The position numbers were made by a program, and so were the translations under genes. 56,509 nt of DNA, taken from positions 1 through 56,509 of the forward strand of contig DATERP010000008.1 in the NCBI GenBank assembly GCA_035271385.1, read 5' to 3'. Source of the stretch: Thiopseudomonas sp. GTDB taxonomy: Bacteria; Pseudomonadota; Gammaproteobacteria; Pseudomonadales; Pseudomonadaceae. Under the pieces are notes generated by a model. The model did no database searches. It was not told the origin of the DNA and saw nothing but the letters and a program-made list of their open reading frames with translations. Below, one piece after another: positions 39,277-50,714 of this stretch. How positions within the stretch are numbered: position 1 is the first letter of the stretch; the number at the start of each line of letters is the position of its first letter.

Positions 39277-40164
39277 TTATGTCTCCTTACCAAATAGGCC
39301 GGCTGGACGTACTAACAACACCAGCACCATAACTAGAAAAACTACTGTGTTGGCCGCTTCTGGGTAAAACACTTTAGTTAAGCCTTCGATCAAGCCCATC
39401 AATAGTCCAGTAATAATAGCGCCCATAATCGAGCCCATACCGCCAATCACCACCACAGCAAAGACCACGATCAAAAGGTTCGCGCCCATACCTGGTGCAA
39501 CCGGATAAATTGGTGCGGCTAAAACACCAGCAAAAGCAGCTAATGCCGCACCATAACCGTAGGTTAAGGTGACTAATAAGGGTACGTTAATACCAAAAGC
39601 CTGCATCAGTTTTGGGTTCTCAGTTCCAGCACGCAGATATGAACCAAGCCGTGTACGCTCAATCATGTACCAAGTTACAAAACAGACAACTACTGCTGCC
39701 ACAATGACCCACGCACGGTATTTGGGTAAGAACATAAAACCTAAATTAAAGCCACCTTTGAGCGCATCAGGCATGGGGTAAGAACTACCCGATACACCAA
39801 ATAACTTAACGAACAAACCTTCAATAATCAGCGCCAAACCAAAGGTAAGCAGCAGACCATAGAGGTGATCCTCTCCAGTAATTCTGCGTAGCAGGTATTT
39901 TTCAATCACCATGCCCACGAGACCAACGGTGAGCGGTGCTAAAAACAAGGCAAGCCAGTAATTCACACCGAGGTACTGCAAGCTCAACAAGGCGACAAAA
40001 GCACCCAGCATATACAGCGCACCATGAGCAAAGTTAATAATACGCAGTAAGCCAAAAATAATTGCTAAACCTAGACTTAACAACGCATAAAATGCCCCAT
40101 TAATCAGTCCCAGCAGCAGTTGCCCCAGTAGCACACTGAGGGGCACTCCAAAAAGTATCGTCAT
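39277..40164 (-). CDS. Branched-chain amino acid-type ABC permease (LivH-like)
   Basis: GLAIIFG, INFAHG, FAVVVIGGMGS. Confidence 0.9.
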   Translation of the reverse strand: MTILFGVPLSVLLGQLLLGLINGAFYALLSLGLAIIFGLLRIINFAHGALYMLGAFVALLSLQYLGVNYWLALFLAPLTVGLVGMVIEKYLLRRITGEDHLYGLLLTFGLALIIEGLFVKLFGVSGSSYPMPDALKGGFNLGFMFLPKYRAWVIVAAVVVCFVTWYMIERTRLGSYLRAGTENPKLMQAFGINVPLLVTLTYGYGAALAAFAGVLAAPIYPVAPGMGANLLIVVFAVVVIGGMGSIMGAIITGLLMGLIEGLTKVFYPEAANTVVFLVMVLVLLVRPAGLFGKET

Positions 40165-40230
40165 TGGTTGTCACCCACTCCAAAGAGCCGCTGCAAGACA
40201 ATTACAACGGCTCATAACGGCATTAAACAA

Positions 40231-41442
40231 TCAGTTCTTGATAAGTTTGCACTGGCTGTCGGCCAATGAGCGGTAGGCTTGGTCACCTGGGATCGTGCGC
40301 AGGATTTTATATAAATCCCACTCTGACTTAGACTCTGCTGGCGTCTTTACTTGCGCTAAGTACATGTCATGCACCATGCGGCCGTCTTCACGTAGCTGTC
40401 CGTTTTTGGCAAACATATCGTTGATTGGCGTTTCAATCATTTTTGCGCGAACCACTTGCGAGTCATCCGAATCGGTTTCTTTAACCGCATTGAGGTAATG
40501 CAAGGTCGATGAATACACGCCCGCATGCGTCATACTTGGCATGCGTCCAACACGTTTGTGATAACGCTGCGCCCACTCACGGGTTTCATCATTCATATCC
40601 CAGTACCAACCGGTGGTTAGCATCAGTCCTTGCGCAACCTCTAAACCCATCGAGTGCACGTCGTTTAGAAACACCACCATACCTGCAAGCTTTTGGCCTG
40701 ACTGGGTGACACCAAACTGACTGGCGGTTTGCAGAGAGTTAACCATATCAGCGCCAGCATTCGCTAAAGCGACAACTTCAGCGCCAGAGCCTTGCGCTTG
40801 CAAGATATAAGAAGAGAAATCATTACTTGGGAAAGGGTGGCGTACCTTACCAACAACTTTACCCCCGCCCCCTTCTACAACCTTAGTAATATCCGCTTCT
40901 AAAGAGTGACCGAAAGCATAGTCAGCTGCCAAAATAAACCAATCTTTACCTCCTTCTTCTAAAACAGCACGCGCTGTACCATTGGATAATGCATAGGTGT
41001 CATACACCCAATGCACATGGTTAGGAGAGCAGTATTCATTGGTTAACGACGAAGAGGCTGAGGCTGAAATAAGCGCTAATTTATTTTCTTGCTCAACAAT
41101 TTTGTTAACCGCCATTACCACTGAGGTGGCTACCAGACCGGTAATCACATCAACGTTTTTCTCGTCAATCCACTGACGTACGGTATTAGCCCCCACATCA
41201 GGCTTATTTAGATCGTCAGCATTGTAAATAACAATTTTTTTACCGTTGACCTGGCCGCCAAAATCCTCGACTGCCATTTTTAACGCTTCTAAACCACCAG
41301 GACCTGAAAGATCACGGTAGGTACCTGACATATCGGCAAGATAACCAATACGAATTTCATTATCACTGATGGCTGCTTGTGCTGTACTTGACAGTAAACC
41401 TGCCGCGACGACCAAACTAATGGCTTTTCTTAAACCTTTCAT
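40231..41442 (-). CDS. HAAT-family ABC substrate-binding protein (LivK-like)
   Basis: Signal peptide, DMSG, ADYAFG, REDGRMVHDMY; start 41442 has an RBS. Confidence 0.88.
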   Translation of the reverse strand: MKGLRKAISLVVAAGLLSSTAQAAISDNEIRIGYLADMSGTYRDLSGPGGLEALKMAVEDFGGQVNGKKIVIYNADDLNKPDVGANTVRQWIDEKNVDVITGLVATSVVMAVNKIVEQENKLALISASASSSLTNEYCSPNHVHWVYDTYALSNGTARAVLEEGGKDWFILAADYAFGHSLEADITKVVEGGGGKVVGKVRHPFPSNDFSSYILQAQGSGAEVVALANAGADMVNSLQTASQFGVTQSGQKLAGMVVFLNDVHSMGLEVAQGLMLTTGWYWDMNDETREWAQRYHKRVGRMPSMTHAGVYSSTLHYLNAVKETDSDDSQVVRAKMIETPINDMFAKNGQLREDGRMVHDMYLAQVKTPAESKSEWDLYKILRTIPGDQAYRSLADSQCKLIKN

Positions 41443-41516
41443 AGAATACCTTTTGAGTTTTATTGTTGTTGTCACACTAAGTGGTTTCTTACGAGGTTTC
41501 TCTGCTGAGAAATAGG

Positions 41517-42230
41517 CTATACGCCTAAACTTTTACTCAAATACTCCTGTTTTGCTGGCAGTTCAGCCGCACTGATTTCATCAATAATTTTGCCGTGCTC
41601 CATTAGATAATGACGGTCAGCCAGCGGTGCAGCAAAACGAAAGTTTTGCTCTACAAGAACAATAGTGAGCCCTTTTTCTTTCAGTTTAATCAGCACTTCG
41701 CCTAACTTCTGCACAATGACCGGGGCAAGACCTTCAGTGATCTCATCCAGTAATAATAAGTTGGCGCCTGTGCGCAAAATGCGAGCCATAGCTAGCATTT
41801 GCTGCTCCCCACCCGATAAACGCGTGCCTTGGCTAAAGCGGCGCTCATATAAGTTAGGAAACATTTCGTAGAGCTCATCGAGATCCATGCCACCGCTGCG
41901 GACGGTCGGTGGCAGTAATAAGTTTTCTTCAACGTTCAGGCTGGCAAAAATGCCGCGCTCTTCAGGGCAAAAGCCAACACCAAGTCGTGGAATATGGTGC
42001 GCAGGAATATTCATCGTTTCGGTACCATTAATCATAATGGAGCCGCTGCGCTTACCGACCATACTCATAATCGCACGTAAAGTGGTACTGCGCCCGGCGC
42101 CATTGCGCCCCAGCAAAGTAACCAACTCACCACGACGCACCACCATATCAACACCATGCAAGATATGTGATTGACCGTAATAGGCGTGTAAATCTTCGAC
42201 CAGCAGTTGTTCACGATTAGACGCATTCAT
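41517..42230 (-). CDS. ABC ATPase (LivF-like)
   Basis: GRNGAGRST, LSGGEQQML, LDE..EGLAP, VEQN. Confidence 0.9.
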   Translation of the reverse strand: MNASNREQLLVEDLHAYYGQSHILHGVDMVVRRGELVTLLGRNGAGRSTTLRAIMSMVGKRSGSIMINGTETMNIPAHHIPRLGVGFCPEERGIFASLNVEENLLLPPTVRSGGMDLDELYEMFPNLYERRFSQGTRLSGGEQQMLAMARILRTGANLLLLDEITEGLAPVIVQKLGEVLIKLKEKGLTIVLVEQNFRFAAPLADRHYLMEHGKIIDEISAAELPAKQEYLSKSLGV

Positions 42231-42997
42231 ACCGCCACCTCTTCGGTGACTGCTGTACCTAAGTACGCTTCACGTACGGCCGCGTTGGCGGATACTGTTG
42301 CATAATCGCCCTCGGCTAAAATAGCGCCGCGCGCCAGCACAGTAATCGCATCACATAAACGACTGACCACACTTAAATTATGCTCAACCATAAGCACAGT
42401 GCGGCCGACAGCAGCGCGACGCACTAAGTCAACCACCATATCAACGTCTTCCTGACCCATTCCCTGGGTGGGCTCATCAAGCAGAAGCATGACTGGATCT
42501 AGAGCCATGGTTGTCGCCAGCTCTAAGGCGCGCTTACGGCCATAGGACAGTTCATTGGTTACCGTATCGGCAAAATTGTCCAGCCCTACGCTCTCCAGTA
42601 ATTCCATCGCGCGATCATTTAAGCTATTTAACGTGCGCTCTGATTTCCAAAAGTGAAATGAATTACCCTGTTTGCTTTGCAAGGCTACGCGCACGTTTTC
42701 TAATACAGTCATCTGTCCAAAGACAGCAGAAATCTGAAACGAACGAACCAGCCCTAACTTAGCAATCTGATTTGCTTTAGTGCCTGTAATCGCTTTGCCT
42801 TGGAAACTAATCTCACCGCGAGTTGGCGGTAAAAAATGGGTCAGCAAATTAAAAAAAGTCGTTTTTCCAGCACCGTTAGGACCAATGAGGGCATGGATAT
42901 GACCTTTCTGAACTTTTAAATCAACATTATTAACAGCTGTAAAGCCCCGAAACTCTTTGGTTAACCCGCGAGTTTCTAAAATAATATCCGATGACAT
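42227..42997 (-). CDS. ABC ATPase (LivG-like)
   Basis: IGPNGAGKTT, LSYGRKR, LLDEP, VEH, EAYLG. Confidence 0.9.
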   Translation of the reverse strand: MSSDIILETRGLTKEFRGFTAVNNVDLKVQKGHIHALIGPNGAGKTTFFNLLTHFLPPTRGEISFQGKAITGTKANQIAKLGLVRSFQISAVFGQMTVLENVRVALQSKQGNSFHFWKSERTLNSLNDRAMELLESVGLDNFADTVTNELSYGRKRALELATTMALDPVMLLLDEPTQGMGQEDVDMVVDLVRRAAVGRTVLMVEHNLSVVSRLCDAITVLARGAILAEGDYATVSANAAVREAYLGTAVTEEVAV

Positions 42998-43055
42998 GTG
43001 CAGCCCTCTAACCTTGATTATTTTTGTTGGTTATTAGCTTTATAGACGCCTTACC

Positions 43056-43071
43056 TTTACGTTAACGATAA
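43056..43071. promoter_or_regulatory. LiuR-like operator upstream of the liv-like operon
   Basis: TTTACGTTAACGATAA, 14/16 to the palindrome at 46898. Confidence 0.6.
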
Positions 43072-43152
43072 CAAGAGAATCGTTTTTAAAGCAAGAGCAA
43101 TTAACAAAAGTGTGACTCAATGGTCAATCGCCCTTACTCGTACCTTAAGGGG

Positions 43153-44427
43153 CTAGAACTTAAATGTGTAATTCACAATCACACGATTTTCGTCAACGTC
43201 AGTGGTATGAGAGCCACGGTACATAACGTTACGTACCAATAAGCTGACATCTTTTAACGGGCCAGACTGAATGGTGTAGCCGAGATCAATATCGCGTTCC
43301 CATTCTTTCGCGCTCTTACCACCTATCTTAAAGTTGTCACCACTGGCATAACGCGCCATTAAATTAAGGCCTGGTACACCAATTTGTGCAAAGTTATAGT
43401 CATAGCGTACTTGCCAAGAATCTTCTTTAGCACGCAAAAATGGCTGGTAGGTTAAAGTATTCATCGTCCATGGGTCAGTACCGCCACCTAAATAGGGTGT
43501 TCCGGTTTTACCACTGGAATCTTGATAACCTAAGCCCAACCAGTGCCCTGCATAACCCAGCGAGAACATACCACTGGCTAAACGGTTATCAACGTTGGTG
43601 TTGCCCTTATCCGAGCTTTTAAAGTAGCGCAGGTCGGTCTTAAATTTAAAGTCTTCGGTTAGATCAGTTAAGAACTGTAGATTGGCATGGTGCTGACTGT
43701 AGTTGTCTTTCAGTTCAGCATAATAGTAAGTACCCGTCAGGCCTGGGATAAACTGATAACTGGCGCCACCATAATTAAATTTATTACTTCTTACACCACC
43801 TGTTGCACCATCGGCAGCCATGACCATATTTTCGTAGTCAGTCGAGTCACGTAAGCGGACTTTCTGAAATTGCCCCGCGGTTAAAGTTAGGTTTTCAATG
43901 TCTTTCGATTGAATCTGCCCGCCCTGAAAGGTCTGTGGCAACATACGAGTATCATTACGAAAGGCAATGGGCAGCACAGGCTCATGGGTACCCACTGTCA
44001 GCACTGTTTCCGATACTTTGGCTTTTGCGGTAAAGCCTACAAAGCCATGGTTATCTGCTGATTTTCCAGTACGCGCACTGCGCACTAAAGTTCCCGTACC
44101 ACCAGTACCACCGCCCGAATCCAGTTTAATCCCTGCCAGACCCAAAGCATCAACCCCAACGCCAACTGTGCCTTCGGTATAGCCAGACTTGAGTCGCAAC
44201 ATAAAACCTTGGCCCCAGTCTTCAGACTTCGACTGGGTTTTAGCTTTACCCGCATGTGGGTACCCTCCAGGTTTACCTGTATCACGGTAGTCACGATTCA
44301 TATAAAAGTTACGTAGGCTTAAGCTGCCTTCGCTATCCTCAACAAAGGCAGCTTGAGCCAAACTCGGCGCAGCAATCGCTGCCGCCAAGGTGCTGACTAA
44401 AAATATTTTATTAAGTTTAACGTGCAT
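43153..44427 (-). CDS. OprD/Occ-family outer membrane porin
   Basis: LRNFYMNRD, WGQGF, SGYTEG..GVGVD, LPQTFQG, SWQVRYDY, ENRVIVNY, C-terminal F. Confidence 0.93.
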   Translation of the reverse strand: MHVKLNKIFLVSTLAAAIAAPSLAQAAFVEDSEGSLSLRNFYMNRDYRDTGKPGGYPHAGKAKTQSKSEDWGQGFMLRLKSGYTEGTVGVGVDALGLAGIKLDSGGGTGGTGTLVRSARTGKSADNHGFVGFTAKAKVSETVLTVGTHEPVLPIAFRNDTRMLPQTFQGGQIQSKDIENLTLTAGQFQKVRLRDSTDYENMVMAADGATGGVRSNKFNYGGASYQFIPGLTGTYYYAELKDNYSQHHANLQFLTDLTEDFKFKTDLRYFKSSDKGNTNVDNRLASGMFSLGYAGHWLGLGYQDSSGKTGTPYLGGGTDPWTMNTLTYQPFLRAKEDSWQVRYDYNFAQIGVPGLNLMARYASGDNFKIGGKSAKEWERDIDLGYTIQSGPLKDVSLLVRNVMYRGSHTTDVDENRVIVNYTFKF

Positions 44428-44487
44428 AGTGAGTCTCTCTTGTTATTATTGACGACTTCTTATGTGAGAGCAGTGTGCTCTCTTGAG

Positions 44488-45072
44488 TTATTTTGCACGG
44501 GGAATCCGTCCCATCAAATAAAACTCATCATTGGGTGGTGTGCCGGCCATGGACACCAGTCGGTTCGACAGCCCAAAAAACGCTGCAATCGCACCCATAT
44601 CCCAAATATCATCCGCACTAAAACCTTGCGCCTGCAGCTTAGCGAACCACTCATCAGTCAATACGCCACACTCAATCGCTAAGTGATAGGTGTAATCCAG
44701 CATCACCCGCTGCGGCTCAGTAATAGGCGCATTACGAAAATTAATTGAAATCTGATCCGACAAGTGCGGCTGCTTCGAGTAAATACGTAACAAGGCTCCA
44801 TGCGCGACCACACAATAAACGCACTCATGTTGCGCACTCATCGCCACCACAATCATTTCGCGCTCCACCAGCGATAAGGTAGGCGACTCGCGGTGCATCA
44901 AGGCATCGTGATAGTCAAAGAATGCTCGAAACTCAGCTGGACGGTGCGCCAGCATTAAAAAGACATTGGGAATAAAACCCGCTTTTTCCTGCACCTTAAG
45001 CATGCGTTGCTGCAAATCTTCCGGTAAATCCTCAATAGAATCAGGCACCGGGAAACGGCTTAATTGGGACAT
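44488..45072 (-). CDS. AhpD-like peroxidase-related enzyme
   Basis: GFIPNVF, EREMIVV, CVYCVVAHG, SNRL. Confidence 0.88.
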   Translation of the reverse strand: MSQLSRFPVPDSIEDLPEDLQQRMLKVQEKAGFIPNVFLMLAHRPAEFRAFFDYHDALMHRESPTLSLVEREMIVVAMSAQHECVYCVVAHGALLRIYSKQPHLSDQISINFRNAPITEPQRVMLDYTYHLAIECGVLTDEWFAKLQAQGFSADDIWDMGAIAAFFGLSNRLVSMAGTPPNDEFYLMGRIPRAK

Positions 45073-45094
45073 AGTGCAACCTCTTTTTTATTAT

Positions 45095-46789
45095 TTATGA
45101 CTGAACAACGGCAACACCGTTAGGGCAAAACTCAATAACACTCTCTTCACGCATCTTGAACTTTTGCACTTTGCCACTGATAGTCATTGGAAACTCATCG
45201 ACAAACTTAATGAAGCGCGGGATTTTAAAGTGTGCAATTTTACCTTTGCAGTACTCTTTTAATTCGTCTTCAGTAATGATGTCTCCGGGATGTAACTGCA
45301 CCCAAGCTACAATTTCTTCACCATATTTTTCGCAAGGGATACCCACCACCTGCACATCAGCAACGCATTCATGGGTGTAAATATATTCTTCAATTTCGCG
45401 CGGATATACGTTTTCGCCACCGCGAATAATCATATCTTTATTGCGACCGACAATTTTCACGTAACCATCTTCGTCCATTACGGCCAAGTCACCGGTATGC
45501 ATCCAGCGTGCACTATCCAACGCTTCTTTGGTGGCATCAGGATTATTCCAATAGCCTAGCATCACGCTATAACCACGGGTGCACAGCTCGCCAATTTCAC
45601 CTCGCGGAACAATTTTTCCTTCTTCGTTAATAATTTTACTTTCTAAATGCGGTTGAGTACGCCCCACAGTTGTGGTGCGGTGCTCAAGATCATCATCAGG
45701 TGCAGTTTGCGTAGAAACAGGACTGGTTTCTGTCATGCCATAAGCAATTTGCACTTCGGTCATATGCATATCTGCAATCACACGCTTCATGACTTCAATC
45801 GGGCAAATAGAGCCTGCCATAATGCCTGTGCGCAAGCTGCTAAGGTCTAAACTAGGACGCTCTTCGCTATCCAACATAGCAATAAACATCGTGGGAACAC
45901 CGTACAAGACGGTCGCTCTTTCTTCAGCTACGGTGCGCAATGTCGTCACCGGATCAAAAGCAGCACTTGGATAAATAATAGTGCTGCCATGGGTCATCGC
46001 ACCTAAGTTACCCATCACCATGCCAAAGCAGTGATACAGCGGCACAGGGATAACCAGACGGTCATGCTCGGTCAAGCCAAGGCTTTCACCCACCATATAA
46101 CCATTATTTAAAATATTGTAATGGCTCAGTGTTGCACCTTTAGGGAAACCAGTGGTGCCTGAGGTGTACTGAATATTAATCGGATCATCAAACTGCAAAG
46201 CATTGCTCACTTCAGCCAGCGTTTCTTCGCTGACTGCATGTGCACCGGATAACACACTTTGCCAACTCATCATGCCAGGAGCAGGGTGATCACTCAGACT
46301 CACAACTCCTTTAAGCATTGGTAAACGCGGGCTATCCAGCTTACCTGGCTCAGCAGGTGCTAACTCGGGCAATAAATCACTGATCATGGCGTGATAATCG
46401 GAGCTTTTAAACGACGACGCACTAATCAACCACGCACAACCGGATTGCTTAAGCGCATATTCCAATTCGTTGGTCCGATAAGCAGGGTTAATATTGACTA
46501 AGATTGCACCAACTTTAGCTGTAGCGAACTGGGTAACTAACCATTGCACACAGTTGGGTGACCAAATACCCACTCGGTCACCTGGTTTAATATCTAGAGC
46601 CAGTAAAGCACGCGCAGATTTATTAACTAAAACACTCAATTCAGACCACGTCATACGTACGTCTTGTTCGCGTGCAACTAAGGCTTCACGATCAGGAAAG
46701 CGAGCAACTGTCTGGTCAAAAGCTGCGCCAATCGTCATAGCCAATAAGGGTTTATCCTGCGGCCCGCAGGTGTAGCTTGGAATACTCAT
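45095..46789 (-). CDS. AMP-binding acyl-CoA synthetase (ACSF2-like)
   Basis: [32 protein letters not shown]; start 46789. Confidence 0.92.
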   Translation of the reverse strand: MSIPSYTCGPQDKPLLAMTIGAAFDQTVARFPDREALVAREQDVRMTWSELSVLVNKSARALLALDIKPGDRVGIWSPNCVQWLVTQFATAKVGAILVNINPAYRTNELEYALKQSGCAWLISASSFKSSDYHAMISDLLPELAPAEPGKLDSPRLPMLKGVVSLSDHPAPGMMSWQSVLSGAHAVSEETLAEVSNALQFDDPINIQYTSGTTGFPKGATLSHYNILNNGYMVGESLGLTEHDRLVIPVPLYHCFGMVMGNLGAMTHGSTIIYPSAAFDPVTTLRTVAEERATVLYGVPTMFIAMLDSEERPSLDLSSLRTGIMAGSICPIEVMKRVIADMHMTEVQIAYGMTETSPVSTQTAPDDDLEHRTTTVGRTQPHLESKIINEEGKIVPRGEIGELCTRGYSVMLGYWNNPDATKEALDSARWMHTGDLAVMDEDGYVKIVGRNKDMIIRGGENVYPREIEEYIYTHECVADVQVVGIPCEKYGEEIVAWVQLHPGDIITEDELKEYCKGKIAHFKIPRFIKFVDEFPMTISGKVQKFKMREESVIEFCPNGVAVVQS

Positions 46790-46897
46790 CGTAAAATTCC
46801 CTCGATATTTTATGTTTGTTATTGAGGTTGCTTTATTTGAATTAGCTGTTTGCTTTCTTGTTTTCAAGATTATTGTTGACAGCTAATCTATGGCTGG

Positions 46898-46913
46898 TTT
46901 ACGTTAACGTAAA
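46898..46913. promoter_or_regulatory. LiuR operator (perfect 16-bp palindrome)
   Basis: TTTACGTTAACGTAAA; overlaps a candidate -10 (TACGTT) 18 bp downstream of TTGACA at 46876. Confidence 0.82.
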
Positions 46914-47057
46914 GGTCATTCCCATGGTTACAACATACAACGCAATTGAAGCCGATGTAAACACCCTAAAAACAGTAAATTGATGTGACACTGAATTTAA
47001 TAACTTGGCGAATTGCCTCTTACAACAAATAAAAAAACAAATTAAAGGTACCAACAC

Positions 47058-48221
47058 ATGACATATTCCAGCCTTAACTTCGCTCTTGGTGAAACCGCTG
47101 ACATGCTGCGCAATCAAGTGCGTAGCTTTGTTGCAAGCGAGATTGCACCACGCGCAGAAGCCATCGATCGAGACAATCTTTTCCCTGCAGATTTGTGGCG
47201 TAAATTCGGTGACATGGGCCTGTTAGGTATCACTGTGCCAGAAGAGTACGGCGGTGCTGGCATGGGCTATTTAGAGCACGTGATTGCAATTGAAGAAATC
47301 AGTCGCGGCTCAGCTTCTGTCGGTCTTTCATACGGTGCACACTCCAACTTATGCGTGAATCAAATCAACCGTAATGGTACCCATGAGCAAAAACTAAAGT
47401 ATTTACCAAAATTGATTTCAGGAGAGCATATCGGTGCGCTGGCTATGAGTGAGCCAAATGCCGGTTCTGACGTGGTCTCTATGCGTTTACGTGCTGACCG
47501 TAAAGGTGATCATTTTGTACTTAATGGTAGCAAAACGTGGATTACCAACGGCCCAGATGCCAACACCTATGTGATTTACGCTAAAACTGATGCCGAAAAA
47601 GGCGCACACGGTATTACCGCATTTATCGTTGAACGTGATTTAGAAGGCTTTAGCCGTGGCTCTAAATTCGACAAATTAGGTATGCGTGGCTCTAACACCT
47701 GCGAGCTTTTCTTTGACGGCGTTGAAGTGCCTGCAGAAAACATCTTAGGCGAGCTCAATGGCGGCGTTAAAGTCCTGATGAGCGGCTTAGATTATGAGCG
47801 TGTAGTACTGGCCGGTGGCCCAGTTGGTATTATGCAAGCCTGTATGGATATTGTTGTTCCCTATATTCATGATCGTAAGCAGTTTGGTCAAAGTATTGGT
47901 GAGTTCCAGTTTATTCAAGGCAAGATCGCCGATATGTATTCACAAATGAATGCCAGTCGCGCTTACTTATATGCAGTTGCCAATGCCTGTGACCGCGCGG
48001 AAACCACTCGCAAAGATGCAGCCGGGGTGATTCTGTATACCGCTGAAATTGCTACTAAGATGGCGCTTGAAGCTATTCAAATCTTAGGCGGTAACGGTTA
48101 TATCAACGAATTCCCTACCGGTCGCTTACTGCGTGACGCCAAGCTGTATGAGATCGGCGCAGGTACCAGTGAAATTCGCCGTATGCTGATTGGTCGCGAG
48201 TTATTCCGCGAAACTAAGTAA
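47058..48221 (+). CDS. liuA: Isovaleryl-CoA dehydrogenase
   Basis: [37 protein letters not shown]. Confidence 0.96.
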   Translation: MTYSSLNFALGETADMLRNQVRSFVASEIAPRAEAIDRDNLFPADLWRKFGDMGLLGITVPEEYGGAGMGYLEHVIAIEEISRGSASVGLSYGAHSNLCVNQINRNGTHEQKLKYLPKLISGEHIGALAMSEPNAGSDVVSMRLRADRKGDHFVLNGSKTWITNGPDANTYVIYAKTDAEKGAHGITAFIVERDLEGFSRGSKFDKLGMRGSNTCELFFDGVEVPAENILGELNGGVKVLMSGLDYERVVLAGGPVGIMQACMDIVVPYIHDRKQFGQSIGEFQFIQGKIADMYSQMNASRAYLYAVANACDRAETTRKDAAGVILYTAEIATKMALEAIQILGGNGYINEFPTGRLLRDAKLYEIGAGTSEIRRMLIGRELFRETK

Positions 48222-48300
48222 GCCTTCTCTATCCGCCCCTTGAAAGCATCCATCACTTTCAAGGGCGGCTAAAACAATAACAACAGTAGAGGAACAGCCA

Positions 48301-49908
48301 ATGGCCACCTTGCATACTAAAATTAATACTCGCTCTCCTGAATTTGCTATCAACACCCAAGCGATGCAAACACAGGTGGATGATCTGCGCGCTTTGCTCA
48401 ATAAAACCAGCTTAGGTGGGGGTAAAGCAGCACAAGAGCGCCATCAGTCACGTGGCAAATTATTAGTTCGCGACCGTATTAATGCCTTGCTGGATATCGG
48501 CTCAGCATTTTTAGAGGTGTCACCATTAGCGGCCTATGAGGTCTATGCTGACAATATTGCTGCGGCAGGATTGGTTGCCGGCATTGGTCGTGTAGAGGGT
48601 GTCGAGTGCATGATTATTGCCAACGACGCCACAGTAAAAGGCGGTACTTACTATCCGCTTACCGTAAAAAAACACATCCGTGCGCAAACCATCGCTCAGC
48701 AAAACCGTCTGCCCTGCATTTACTTGGTGGATTCAGGTGGCGCTAACCTGCCTAACCAAGATGAAGTATTCCCAGACCGCGAGCATTTTGGCCGTATTTT
48801 CTTCAATCAAGCCAATATGAGTGCACAAGGCATCCCACAAATCGCCGTGGTGATGGGCTCCTGTACCGCCGGTGGTGCTTATGTCCCGGCCATGTCTGAC
48901 GAAACCATTATGGTGCGCGATCAAGCGACCATTTTCTTAGCTGGCCCACCTTTAGTTAAAGCCGCCACCGGTGAAGTGGTAACCGCTGAAGAATTAGGTG
49001 GGGCTGATACCCACTGCCGTATTTCTGGTGTGGCTGACCATTATGCTGAAGATGATCATCACGCTTTAGCGATTGCCCGCCGTTGTATTTCCAACTTAAA
49101 TTGGAAGAAAAAAGGCGAGTTACAAACCCGTCCTGTACAAGCACCTTTATATGATCCACAAGAACTCTACGGTGTTATTCCTGCCGATGCGAAACAACCA
49201 ATGGATGTGCGTGAAATTATCGCGCGGCTAGTGGATGGTAGCGAATTCGATGAATTTAAAGCCCTGTTCGGCACCACATTGGTGTGTGGCTTTGCTCATT
49301 TGCACGGCTACCCTGTCGCAATCCTTGGTAACAACGGTATTTTATTTGCTGAAGCCGCACAAAAAGGCGCGCACTTTATTGAACTGGCCTGCCAACGCGG
49401 TATTCCACTGATTTTCTTACAAAACATCACAGGCTTTATGGTCGGTAAAAAGTACGAAGAAGGTGGCATTGCCAAGCACGGTGCGAAATTAGTAACAGCT
49501 GTGGCTTGCGCACAAGTCCCTAAATTTACTGTATTGGTCGGTGGCAGTTTCGGTGCCGGTAACTACGGTATGTGCGGTCGTGCATATGATCCACGCTTCT
49601 TATGGATGTGGCCGAACTCGCGCATTGGCGTGATGGGCGGCGAACAAGCTGCGGGCGTACTGGCACAAGTGAAGCGCGAACAAGTGGAGCGTGCCGGTGG
49701 TAGTTTCTCTGCAGAACAAGAAGCAGCAATCAAAAAGCCCATCCTTGCGCAGTATGAACATCAAGGCCACCCCTACTATTCTAGTGCGCGCCTGTGGGAT
49801 GACGGAGTGATTGATCCAGCACAAACCCGTGATGTTCTTGGTTTAGCGTTGTCCGCAACGCTGAATGCACCCATTGAGCCGACCACGTTCGGCGTGTTCC
49901 GCATGTAA
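48301..49908 (+). CDS. liuB: 3-methylcrotonyl-CoA carboxylase, beta subunit
   Basis: [38 protein letters not shown]. Confidence 0.95.
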   Translation: MATLHTKINTRSPEFAINTQAMQTQVDDLRALLNKTSLGGGKAAQERHQSRGKLLVRDRINALLDIGSAFLEVSPLAAYEVYADNIAAAGLVAGIGRVEGVECMIIANDATVKGGTYYPLTVKKHIRAQTIAQQNRLPCIYLVDSGGANLPNQDEVFPDREHFGRIFFNQANMSAQGIPQIAVVMGSCTAGGAYVPAMSDETIMVRDQATIFLAGPPLVKAATGEVVTAEELGGADTHCRISGVADHYAEDDHHALAIARRCISNLNWKKKGELQTRPVQAPLYDPQELYGVIPADAKQPMDVREIIARLVDGSEFDEFKALFGTTLVCGFAHLHGYPVAILGNNGILFAEAAQKGAHFIELACQRGIPLIFLQNITGFMVGKKYEEGGIAKHGAKLVTAVACAQVPKFTVLVGGSFGAGNYGMCGRAYDPRFLWMWPNSRIGVMGGEQAAGVLAQVKREQVERAGGSFSAEQEAAIKKPILAQYEHQGHPYYSSARLWDDGVIDPAQTRDVLGLALSATLNAPIEPTTFGVFRM

Positions 49909-49919
49909 GGAAAGCAATT

Positions 49920-50714
49920 ATGGCTTATCAAGAAATACAATTAGAACGTGGTGAGCTGGGTGTTGCGACCCTTTGGTTAAACCGTCCAGAAAAAAACAAT
50001 GCCTTTAATGCCGGAGTGATCCGCGAGCTGATTCAGGCGCTGGAAGAGATTAAACAAGATCAAAGTATCCGCATCTTGGTCTTACGTGGACGTGGTAAAC
50101 ACTTCTCCGCTGGTGCCGATTTAGGCTGGATGAAAGCTTCAGCACAGCTGGATTACGCAGCAAACTTGGCTGACTCTCATGAGTTAGGCGAACTGATGCA
50201 CAAACTCTATCACCTGCCCCAGCCAACCTTGGCGGTGGTGCAAGGTGCAGCTTTTGGCGGCGCAGTGGGTTTAATTTCTTGCTGTGATATGGCCATTGGT
50301 GCTGATGATGCGGTGATTTGCTTATCTGAAGTGCGCATCGGTTTAGCACCAGCTGTAATCAGTCCTTTTGTGGTTAAAGCATTAGGTCAACGTGCGGTGC
50401 GCCGTTATGCGCTCACCGCTGAGCGTTTTAGTGGGGCAACAGCGGCACAGCTTGGCCTATTAGCTGAAAGCTACCCTGCTGAATCCTTAGATGCAGAGGC
50501 TGAAAAATGGCTGGCTAACTTACGCTTAAACAGCCCGCAAGCCATGACCGCAACAAAAGCCCTGTTGATAGCTGTGGACGAAGGCAAAATTGATGCCGAT
50601 ACCCGCGCTAAAACCGAACAAACTATTGCAGCTTTACGCGTCAGCCCTGAAGGGCAAGAAGGCTTAAATTCCTTCTTCGAAAAACGCTCACCTTCTTGGC
50701 AGGAATCACGTTAA
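49920..50714 (+). CDS. liuC: Methylglutaconyl-CoA hydratase
   Basis: Crotonase fold FSAGADL, AFGGAVGL, SEVRIG; position in liu operon. Confidence 0.9.
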   Translation: MAYQEIQLERGELGVATLWLNRPEKNNAFNAGVIRELIQALEEIKQDQSIRILVLRGRGKHFSAGADLGWMKASAQLDYAANLADSHELGELMHKLYHLPQPTLAVVQGAAFGGAVGLISCCDMAIGADDAVICLSEVRIGLAPAVISPFVVKALGQRAVRRYALTAERFSGATAAQLGLLAESYPAESLDAEAEKWLANLRLNSPQAMTATKALLIAVDEGKIDADTRAKTEQTIAALRVSPEGQEGLNSFFEKRSPSWQESR

